Position numbers and translations under genes: made by a program. A stretch of DNA of 64,000 nucleotides, taken from positions 124,001-188,000 of the forward strand of contig RHPI01001737.1 in NCBI GenBank assembly GCA_009103225.1, in the 5' to 3' direction. The number at the start of each line of letters is the position of its first letter. Position 1 is the stretch's first letter. This DNA comes from Chlorokybus atmophyticus. Lineage: Eukaryota; Plantae; Mesostigma and Chlorokybus algae. Below the pieces are notes generated by a model, which made no database searches, had not been told where the DNA came from, and saw only the letters and a program-made list of their open reading frames with translations. Below, piece by piece: positions 13,234-24,178 of the stretch.

Positions 13234-14112
13234 GTGCACCACTCCACAAGCTTCAAAACTTTGTATAGCGCCCGCAACTCTCTTCCCCTGCACCCCGAAT
13301 TCGTGTGTAGTGTATTTTGGTTGGCTATTCGCACACAGTCTTGGTACATTTTTTGCTAAGTAGTAGATTTAGCGTGAACTGTTTTGTGGTATACGCCTCT
13401 ATAAACAGTCGGATGCTGCACACACAGTGTGTGTCTCTATACCACGCAATGGAAGGATATGTCTAGCTGAACAATGCATCATGGTGCAGTGGAGCGTATA
13501 TGGGAGGCTTGCATAGAGACGACAATCCTCCAGTTTTGCACATGCATTGTATTGGTATTACCTATGCACTGTTGAGCTGAGCTGCACGTGCACTGCTAGG
13601 GCTGTCACATTTGCACATAAATGCAAAGCGCAGTGTCGTCACCGCCACAACAAGTCACTCCACTCTTCCGCACCCAACAACTGCCAGCAGGTGTATACCG
13701 CGCATTGGCATGTACAGGCTACTGGATCTGTGGTTTTGACTCAAGGTCGCAAACACTGACAAGGACCACATAGCAGCACCAGTGAAACTAGTGTGGATGG
13801 CATGCACAAGACCATACCTCCCAAACCAACCCGCACAAGTCACACCAACCGCCAACACATCTTTCTCCAAGTAAAAACAGACCAGACCACAGCAACCAAG
13901 ACACTGAGCTGCAGCCAAGGCAGCATCACACATGGATGCAACCGGGCCAGGACGCTGTGAATCAGCAGCATGAAGACAAATAAAGCAGCACAAGCGTGCT
14001 ACGCGTAGGGCAATAGCAAACAAGACACTGCTGGGCTCGCAATGCTGGCATCAGCAAGGGGCGCAAATGACAACCCCAAATTGCAAATACCGCGCAACGC
14101 TTACAGACAGAG

Positions 14113-16957
14113 CTATTCTGTCCTTGCAACAAGTTCCAGTTCTACGCCTTGAGCCGGACGCAAGGTGATGATGGCAGCTGGTTGTGGAAAGCTTGCACCG
14201 GATGGCAACCTCAGCTCGTAGTCCCGCAGCAACGTCGCCAGAATCTAACAGTACTCAAGTGTGATTTAGCATAAGAGGCGCAGTGCTCACAAACTGCTAT
14301 ATGCATGCACTTACCAGCACAGTCTCAAGCATGGCGAAGCGCATGCCAATGCAGATCCTCGGCCCCACACCAAACGGGATGTAGCTGTCGTTGTCGCGCA
14401 ACTCCTGACGCTTGATGCCTCCGGTGTCGGCATCAAGCCACCGTGACGGCACAAACTCCTCCGCAAGCTCCCACCGCCGCGCATCGCGGTGCAACACGTA
14501 AGGGCTCACAAACACACTGGTACCCTGTTGTCATTGCAGGTACATGCAGATCAACTTGCGTGTCTTCGATCAATTTGCAACGTGTGTCAACCACCATTAC
14601 CTGTTTGATGTGCAAGTTGCTACTGATGTCTACATCCTGCGCCGCTGCACGCCCCACCATCCAAGCAGGAGGCAACAAGCGCATGGCCTCGAGAATGGCA
14701 GCCTCTGCGAGAGGCAGCGACGGAACATCCGCATGCGTGAAGGAACCTCTACCTGAGGCCACATCTGCAAAGCGCAACACAGTACTGTTTGAAACCATCA
14801 ACTGCTTGCCGTCTGTGACAGAATGCCTTTCAACACTCACCTCGTGCTTGAGCTGCAATGGCGCTCTGGAACTTGCTGTCTTGCGCGAGTGATGCACACA
14901 CCCAAGCCAGCAGGATGGCCGACGTCTCTTGGCCAGCAATCAGGAGGGTGAGAACCTCATCTCTCAGTGCCTTGTCTTCCATACCACCTGATGGTAACAA
15001 GCAAACAAGGCACACCAGACACCTTACTACCGCGTGCAAATACTTTGAGTACGAACTGACAGCCCGACACCACCACCACATGTGCACATACCGCTGGCCT
15101 CATCTTCTTCGTCTCGCGCAAGCATCAAACGCCAAAGCAAGTCGGGGTTCTTGGGTGGACCTGCATTGGGGCCAACATGTTGGACTTGCAAATCGGTGGC
15201 ACGAACCACAAGCAGTGGAGTGCACGCACCATTGAGCGTTTGCATTTCACGTCTACGGCGAGCAATGATGTCGTACACGATTGCATCGAGCTGGTCCACA
15301 GCGGCTGTGAAACGCACGTTGTCTGGAGTCGGAACCCACTCGGGAGCTGCAGCAGCAGTCAGAGCTGTAAGAATCAACATTTCTTGCCAAATTGTAGTTT
15401 GCGTGGCGCACGTACTTGCAGCGGCCACAATGTCTGTCGCCCTGCGCCAAATGCATCGAAAGGCTGTGGCAATCGCAGGACCGATCTGGCCGTTGATGTT
15501 GCCATTGTCGGCATCCACGCCATTGCTGTCGTGTATGTCGATGCCAAAAAGGGCGGCCGCCACGGCACTCATCGTCAGTTCATTGAAGTCAGAATACACA
15601 TCCCTGCAGAGAGGGGCATGGAGCGTGTTAGACACACATTGCGAGACAGACACAGAAAGGATGTAACGACCAATGAGTAAGTTCAAACCGCAGTACCTGA
15701 CCGTGCCATTGCCCCATTTGGTTCTCAGCATGGCTTCCGTGGCACCGACGATCGCCTGGAAGGACGCAACGGAGCTGATGAGCTCAGCGCCCGTTTTGCA
15801 ATGGCTGCACAAGCAGACATCAGACTGCAGCTGTGCACGCAGGGTAGGCATGCACTTGCAAGCATGTGGCTGAGCACACAAGAGCATGCATGCAATGTGT
15901 ATGCAATGTGCGCGTCAGCACGCGTGTCACGGCATGTTGCGCGTGCACGTAACAGGTGCACACGAGAAGCACGCACACAAGCTGTACCTGCGCATAGGAG
16001 TCCACGGCGGCCTGCCGAAAGGCTGGGTTTGATAGTCGTCGCTGACGCCGCCACAATTCCCCGTCGCTGACAAGCAACCCGTCTCCAGTCAGCGAGCTGC
16101 CAGGAAACAGCGCCGTCCCCGCCTGAGGGAGCACAATCAGCACACCAGCTTGTTCGTGCCTACAGTTTCCAGTTCCAGAAGCAGCCCACACAGCACCTTG
16201 ACTAGAACGTCCGCGTGCGTCACGAGCGCTTCGTGCGCAAGCTGCCTGGCATTCAAAGACAGATCCACCGTGTCCCCAGCCAGTCAACCAACCGCTCACG
16301 TCACAAGGCAAGGCAACTCGCAAGATGCATGCATGCGCTTACGGGTCGGATATGAGTACGACGCGCTCCCCCGCGAGCGTGAAGCCTGCCACGTCGCCGT
16401 ACGTGCTGGCGGTGGAAGTGATGAAGCCCAGAGGGTCCGACGCAAGAGACAGCACCGAGTCGCCAGCGGGACCTGTGTGGAAGTCGTGTGGGGTGGTTGT
16501 GTGATCACGAGCTTGCGGTCAGTCAAAGTGGCATCGGCTGTCACCTGGTGGGAGCCAGTCTGGTCGCGGGCCGGCCACACGAGAGACGCGCTCGACCACC
16601 TGCAACGACGACGACGTGAGGGTAAAGGCCAGCATGCATGCCGACCCTGGCACATGCGCGATGCTCGATGACTATGATGATCGACCATTCACATACCTGC
16701 AGAGCTGACCTTGCAGCTTCCGCCTGCTTGCGGCCGGCTGCCTCGACCAGCGCCGCCCACAGCCTGGCGTTGGCGTTGGCGCTGGCGCTGGCCTGGTCGG
16801 CCGTCTGCATGACGGCGCTGACGCCGGTGCCTGCATGCCGGCGGCGGACGGCAGGCTGTCCTGGTCTGGGCGGTGGCAGGCGTGTCAGCCCCAGCACGGC
16901 GCCTCCCCTCCGCCCCACCTGCGGCGACGACGCGACCGCCGCCGCCAGCACGGCCAT
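14113..16957 (-). CDS. Cytochrome P450, CYP746-like, multi-exon, with an Ala/Arg-rich plastid-transit-like N-terminus
   Basis: GTALFPGSSLTGDGLLVSDGELWRRQRRLSNPAFR, I-helix LLIAGQETSA, K-helix EAMRLLPP, PERF-like FVPSRW, heme motif PFGVGPRICIG. Last exon ends ...ELVARTE* at 14113. The family assignment is from recalled motifs. Confidence 0.9.
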
Positions 16958-18786
16958 CCTTCACGCTCACCGCAAGCCAACTTATGGCCGACCATTCTGT
17001 TCTCCCCTTCCAGTAACCGGCTAGATAGTACAGTACTTGTACCGGCATTTGTTGTGTCTGTGTAAGCATAGCAAAGTTGAGAGAAAGTTGAGGTTACAAT
17101 GACACAACATGCACAATCTGTAAGTCTTTGTAAGCACATGTCACGCCCGCACGTAATCTCATCACTACGTATATGATTAGCCCACGCACAAACCCAGCAA
17201 ACAACCAGCAAATAACCAACTCGCCAACCAGATAGATATAAGTAACAACCAACCCTCGGTGTGCACAGCCAAAGCACCTACAGATAAATGATGTTACCAT
17301 TAACAGCTTGTTGCTGGCAGCAACTACACTGCATCATATGTGCAAACACATACATGTTCCCGCCTGACCCTCACTCGTACCATGCCGCACACAACGTAGG
17401 TAGTAAGCGTTGGTATTAACTATTGGTCGCATATAGGGTAGGTGAACGCAGGAGGACAACGCAGCAGAGTTTATAATTTTAACTTGCGTCAATGTCCATC
17501 TACATGTCGTGTAGTCCATCGAAGAAAATGACGTCGACCGTGTGATCTAACTTTTGTGGTATAGCTGGCATAGCTGATGAGGTAAAACCATCAGCAGAAC
17601 ATTGAGATTTATTCCCATAATCTATTATTTTGGGACTTTAAACATTGATGTCCTGTATATTAAAGTAATGATCAAGTCTTTTAAGGTTTTTATATTTTTA
17701 TGTTTTATATGTTTTAATGTATATGTTTATATGTATTAAATAAAAAGCTACACATGTATGGTAACATCAGATCTTGGATATACCATACAGACGGTAGGTG
17801 TTGACACTCATTGATTGACGCCCATTTCATGACATATGCGGTGTGTGTGAAATACTGTATTCTATTTAATGATTGCCATGTGCATATATATACAGCTGCT
17901 TCATTTTAAGATACCACAAATGGCTTATAAACAGCAGGGGCAACTCGGGGTACAGCAACTTACATTCCAAGCACAAACACGAGCATAACATATATGATGT
18001 CCGATAAAACTTATGCAAACATATAAAGACAGCACACCCAATGCAATAGCCTTATAACGCTGTCACTATAGCGCAGAGGGCGGGCAAGCTGCTCTCTGCT
18101 GCAATGATCAAGCTGTCAATGATTGGTTCACATTATGCATACCATATAATAGCCTCATCGCAATTAGCGGGTCGTTATTGCTGCAACATCGGCGCCTTAA
18201 CACTAAGTTACGGCAGTAAAAGTCGCTGCCATAGGGGGAGCCACATGCATCATATATGTCCTATACCATATATGTTACAATAGCACAGAGGGCGGCAGCA
18301 CATTGAAAATACCGTCTTGACATTTGAAAATCAGTACGTTTGCTGATGTACCAACCCCAACAACCTTGTGGCGAATTGTATATGAAAAGCACATAACGAC
18401 ATATGCTTGCCTCGCGGCTTGCTTAAAAATTGTTCTTATTCCCTATGGGTTTTTAGCCTGCTTGGGCTCAACCGTCACGGTGACTGACCGGCCACCAGCT
18501 CACATAGTGGATTTCATTGATAATGGGACAGATCTAAGACCCCGGTCGGGATAAATTAAGCCAAGGTGATTCATGAATGGATCAAACATTTGAGATGAGA
18601 CCTAATACCCCCTTGCATATTGCTATGCTATATCATGCGGCGCTTGATAAGCAAGTGGTTATATGGAAAACGTGGATTACCATTACCACATTGACATGTC
18701 AGCAAGCTTTCATAAGTGCTGCAACAGCAATTGCATCGATCATGGCTTTGCTGCGCAGCTATGGTTCGCTCAGCCTTCGTCACCAT

Positions 18787-19135
18787 TATTGAAGGTTAAG
18801 GACATAAGGTTTGCTAATATAGTATGCTTACAGTACAGTCAGCTTGTTGATGTTACTTAGGCCATGTGCGGCGGTTATGCTATAGGAGTTACAACCAATT
18901 CGAGTTATGGGAGTCACGACGCTTATAGTCAACTTTGACTTTGACCGTTGATTACTGTTGACTAGTGTTGACCAGCTCAGCATATAAGGCAGTGTATGTG
19001 GCGCATATTGATGAAACTGCAATACTTTTCTCTTTGGTGTCGACATGACGACAAGCTTGTATGTTACACTTGGGGTTCCCCTAGTGTGAGCGCATGTATG
19101 AGGTAGGGCGCATACAAGCACACTAGTGCTTGACA
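18787..19135 (+). mobile_element. Solo LTR of the copia-derived family whose LTR is at 54974-55357
   Basis: Aligns end to end with the reverse complement of 54974-55357 (TATTGAAGGTTAAG...GCTTGACA). Flanks ACCAT/ACCTT form a near-perfect 5 bp TSD. Confidence 0.8.
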
Positions 19136-19740
19136 ACCTTGCGCAACAATTTGTTGAACATTCGCGCATATGCATCTTTGTACGTTTTTAATTAAACCTC
19201 GAGAGTGTTGATTCAAGCATTAAACACACTCCCTTCAGCAATTAATAAATGCCTATTATATGGTAGTACTTGTAATGCCAGTAAGCAGCTGCGTCTAATG
19301 CAAAAACATCACGGAGGTTTCTTTTATAACACATGTCATTTACGGTTTGCAAAAACACGCGCACATACACAATCACACACGTGTGCCCAACTACTTGGCC
19401 AGGAGCCCAGCAACATATGTTTACTACCTAGCACAGGACGTATGTAGATTACTTTTACATATTTGCATCGGTTGGCAAAGGGGCGCATTGCGCGAACTTT
19501 AAGCGGCGTTTTAGGTTTGCAGATGTGAAATATCAAAACCCAACAACGCGTTGTGTCATTTGCGATGTTTTAATGTGGCTGGCGGCAGTCTCCCTTCTCT
19601 TGGCGCGGCGTCTTAGCTAGCAACTAGGCCTAGGCGTTGGCTAAAGGTGAGACGGCGGCGCAAGCCACGGAAGTGAGGTTGTCTTTATGGTTTCAAACGC
19701 TTATTTGTGTTTTTGGGCATGTTGTGCCTGCCTGCCCTTC

Positions 19741-20274
19741 TGTTACAGCCCACTCGACCACAAAAGACTTAGTGCTTTTATGGTCGATTTGTGGTAATTT
19801 AATGTACCTTCCCGTTACATTCCCCCCCACTTAAGAACGCTGACGTCCTCGGCAGCTGGCGCCCATCAGCTGGGGAATCTTCCCAGGGGTCTGATTTAGG
19901 GTTGGTCACCGGCCCCACCACCCAAGGACCGGCCAATTTAGGCCCATACCGGTCAACGCGCGCATAGCGCGCCGCTGCCGGCCCCACAGGTCGCGTCACC
20001 GCGATAGGCAGGTCGCGCCCTGCCGCGCCGACTGAACTGGTCAGTTCGGTGCGACTGCCATTAGGCAAGTCGCGACCCATCGATGATGGCACTCATAAAG
20101 TGACTGTTTACGATATTATTGGATCGAGACACAACGACCGCGGAATTCGTGTGCAAGGCAGGAATCGAACCCGGGTCTCAAGCTCCGATAACTAATGTTA
20201 CAGCCCACTCGACCACAAAAGACGTAGTCCTTTTATGGTCGATTTGTGGTAATTTAATGTACCTTCCCGTTACA
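19741..20274 (-). mobile_element. TRIM (terminal-repeat retrotransposon in miniature), 534 bp
   Basis: 79 bp LTRs (19741-19819 and 20196-20274, 2 mismatches, TG...CA) and a perfect CCTTC TSD. On the minus strand: PPT AAGTGGGGGGAA before the 3' LTR and an iMet-like PBS TAGTTATCGGAGC after the 5' LTR. No coding capacity. Confidence 0.92.
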
Positions 20275-20777
20275 CCTTCCTACCCCTTGCAAATGCTAGG
20301 AAAGCCGCCGTTTCATACAGGCGGCAGCACGCAGAGGGGTGTGTGAGTTTTATTTACTCTCGCCCCCGCTTTCTCTCTTGTGTGGGCAGCAGGCGGTGGT
20401 GGCTTGGATCAGTGTCCAATGATGCCAGCACCCTTCCCCATCTGCCCAGTTGCATGCATGCCCCCTCTACACGGCGCCCTAGCGCCAGGTTGATATGGGT
20501 GTGCGTGCATGTAGGTTCTTGTGTTGGCCACATGCACACAAGCACGCGTGCGCAATTGAACACACCTGCTGTCATGACCCATCTGCAGTGGCATGCATAC
20601 TGTACATATGCACGCATGCACAATGTCACTAAATGCTTGCAGGGCCCTCGAAGCGGCACACTGTGAAGGTAAGTTGTAATCTAGAGTTGTTGGTCTTGCT
20701 CCCACATGCACGTGCACATGCGCAGGTAAGGTGAGTTAGTGATAAAGTTGCTGGCCCCATCATCCCCCCCCCCCCCC

Positions 20778-21767
20778 NNNNNNNNNNNNNNNNNNNNNNN
20801 NNNNNNNNNNNNNNNNNNNNNNNNNNNNNNNNNNNNNNNNNNNNNNNNNNNNNNNNNNNNNNNNNNNNNNNNNNNNNNNNNNNNNNNNNNNNNNNNNNNN
20901 NNNNNNNNNNNNNNNNNNNNNNNNNNNNNNNNNNNNNNNNNNNNNNNNNNNNNNNNNNNNNNNNNNNNNNNNNNNNNNNNNNNNNNNNNNNNNNNNNNNN
21001 NNNNNNNNNNNNNNNNNNNNNNNNNNNNNNNNNNNNNNNNNNNNNNNNNNNNNNNNNNNNNNNNNNNNNNNNNNNNNNNNNNNNNNNNNNNNNNNNNNNN
21101 NNNNNNNNNNNNNNNNNNNNNNNNNNNNNNNNNNNNNNNNNNNNNNNNNNNNNNNNNNNNNNNNNNNNNNNNNNNNNNNNNNNNNNNNNNNNNNNNNNNN
21201 NNNNNNNNNNNNNNNNNNNNNNNNNNNNNNNNNNNNNNNNNNNNNNNNNNNNNNNNNNNNNNNNNNNNNNNNNNNNNNNNNNNNNNNNNNNNNNNNNNNN
21301 NNNNNNNNNNNNNNNNNNNNNNNNNNNNNNNNNNNNNNNNNNNNNNNNNNNNNNNNNNNNNNNNNNNNNNNNNNNNNNNNNNNNNNNNNNNNNNNNNNNN
21401 NNNNNNNNNNNNNNNNNNNNNNNNNNNNNNNNNNNNNNNNNNNNNNNNNNNNNNNNNNNNNNNNNNNNNNNNNNNNNNNNNNNNNNNNNNNNNNNNNNNN
21501 NNNNNNNNNNNNNNNNNNNNNNNNNNNNNNNNNNNNNNNNNNNNNNNNNNNNNNNNNNNNNNNNNNNNNNNNNNNNNNNNNNNNNNNNNNNNNNNNNNNN
21601 NNNNNNNNNNNNNNNNNNNNNNNNNNNNNNNNNNNNNNNNNNNNNNNNNNNNNNNNNNNNNNNNNNNNNNNNNNNNNNNNNNNNNNNNNNNNNNNNNNNN
21701 NNNNNNNNNNNNNNNNNNNNNNNNNNNNNNNNNNNNNNNNNNNNNNNNNNNNNNNNNNNNNNNNNNN
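20778..21767. other. Assembly gap (990 N)
   Basis: Run of N preceded by a poly-C tract. Confidence 0.99.
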
Positions 21768-23187
21768 ATTGCTTCGCCCCCTTCTCCCCCAAGCCGGAGT
21801 CAGCAGCATGCAAGTGAGTTGTGTGAGTTTTTTCGACTTTTGGCCCAGGGGGTCAAGCACACGTACGACATAGCACATGTACACATGCACGCATGTACAA
21901 CTGTGTGCATGTATAAATGTGCTATGATTTGCATGCACATAGACATGGACGTATGCATGTATGCTATGGTAGGAGTAAGTACAAGTAGATGTAGTACGCC
22001 TGCATAAGAGAAGGTAGCGTAAATAGTACTAAAAACAACTTTACGGTGATTATCCAGATTGAATGTGACTTCTCATGCACATGTGGTGTAGTGCACATTG
22101 CAAGCATATTGGGCCGTGCGTGCATGCATACAAGTATACGCGCGATATACATGCAACCGCATGTGTGCACATGTGCAGACATTTACAAGGATGCCCGTAT
22201 ATCAATTTTGTGTGTGCGCGTGTAATTGCGCGTGCATGTGTGCATGTATGCGCATAGATTATAACACGGTTGTTGTGTACATCCAATGCAGGGTACGATT
22301 GCTCATGCATAAGACGGGCATTGAGGCAAAGCATAACAACATGCACGCTATTGATTCAAGTACTGTTTACCAGTAGGCTACCCTACTACGCAACTACTCT
22401 ACTGCCTCTACCCCGTGTGTATGTAAAGTGTATGGTATTGTGCCAGATTGCATGACGTGCGGACAATGTGTGCACGGGGTGCTCGGTCATGCATGTTGGC
22501 ACAAAGCTATATTGCCATGCGCACCTTGTTGATGCATGTGCTACATCTTGTCGCGCACCAATGATGTTCATTACCGTGTATGCGCGCGCGCACACACACA
22601 CACCATATGACATTACATCTAATAATGTCAGGCTATGCGCACATTAAAAGTAATCGGAGCATGTAGAATCCCCAAGAATGCGCAATTGTTATAATACCTC
22701 GGCACACGGCATGCGCGCGCATGCATGTGTGTACGCATATTAAAGGTGCTATTGCAACAATGCAACGCACTAGGGGCAACTATAGTAAATGATGAACATG
22801 CTCATACTAGTTGCAGCTATGCACACGTACCTTTCAGCCTTCATACATAAAACACACTATGGGGTAACACTACCAAGTTTTGCTAACTACTTCACTACTA
22901 CCACAACTTATGCATCCATGTAGTCACGCATGTACATATGAATATAACCTGTTCCCAAGGCCGTGTGTGTACATGCGCGCTTTGGCAAAGTGCAAAGTTT
23001 TAGTGTGCAATGTGCAGCAAATCAGCACCATCACATATAGCATAAGCACCGATGCTTTAACCAACGACTAGCGTCATAATCAACATGATAAGCTTTGCAC
23101 AATGCAACATCACACATTGCACCATGTGTTGCGCATAACCCTAACTAATGTTATGGCAAAAGTTCGTAGTAGGTGGCCACGATAGTG

Positions 23188-23250
23188 GTTAGGGTTATGG
23201 ATTGGGGTAGGATTAGAATTACAGTTAGGGTTAGGGTTGCGGTTAGGGTT
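23188..23250 (+). repeat. Degenerate interstitial (TTAGGG)n-like array, ~10.5 units
   Basis: In-phase hexamers GTTAGG GTTATG GATTGG GGTAGG ATTAGA ATTACA GTTAGG GTTAGG GTTGCG GTTAGG GTT. Confidence 0.75.
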
Positions 23251-24178
23251 TTATAAGAAATTAAAATTATCTACTGAGCCCGTGGGTGTGCTAAGGGTCC
23301 CTACATTAGTGTTCTAATGATGTGCAATATGAGTAATAATGAAAGTAGACATTATGTGGTAAATTATGACTGCTGCGTGCGCATACGTGGGTGCGATTAT
23401 GATCATGCAATCAACCATATGGCCGATCCGCAGCGCATTATCAATTGCCGGTTGTCATGACATAAGTGTTATTACTTAAACATGCATGTCGTGGAAGGAT
23501 CATGTGGTACAAAAACATACATGGTTATAGCAAGTGACCATCATGCAATGGATCGTATGTGCCTGCCTGTATCGCACATACATATGCGAATATTGTAGCT
23601 GTTATAGGCAAAGGCACATGTTGTTGCGCATCCATGCACTGCACCAAATGCTTATAGGTACATGATACAGCAACCATGCCGTATCAGATTGATGCATTAC
23701 ATGTTAATTATTTATTACAAGTAGTCTACAGCAGTGGATGAGGTAATAATTATGGCAGCCTTGTCCTTGCCGCACCTTGCACATGGTTCCGCAGCGATAT
23801 GGCCGCCATGCACTCAACCAGGTCATTATGCCAATCAGTGGCATGGGGATCCAAATGTATAGCATAATGATTACAATATGCAACAGAACTAAGCTACTCT
23901 TACCATTAGCTAAACCTTCTTTAGGAGTTAAGACGGCGACTCCAACTGCTGCCAACCATATAGCACATGTCAATGGATTTTGTCAGGGAGGGGGTAACAA
24001 TCCTATTATGCAACATGTCGACCTCAAGCTGTGATTGATGAAGTACGAGTTGATGAATACATTGGTCACGTTATTTGTCTTATTTACCTCAGGCTGTGCT
24101 TGATGCAATTGGTTTGCAGGTAATTAAGGGGTATCGCGTGTCGGCAATGGCATTAGTTGGCGTGTAGGGGTTTTGGGG

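Noticed and set aside
20150-20180. Stand-alone tRNA gene
   Set aside because: Only a T-arm and acceptor-like 3' half; no D-arm or anticodon arm. It lies inside the TRIM.
20629-22007. ~400 aa ORFs in the track
   Set aside because: They consist of X residues across the N gap.
21800-23100. Short Cys/His/Met-rich ORFs
   Set aside because: Products of TG/CA-rich low-complexity intergenic DNA, with no splice-consistent gene model.
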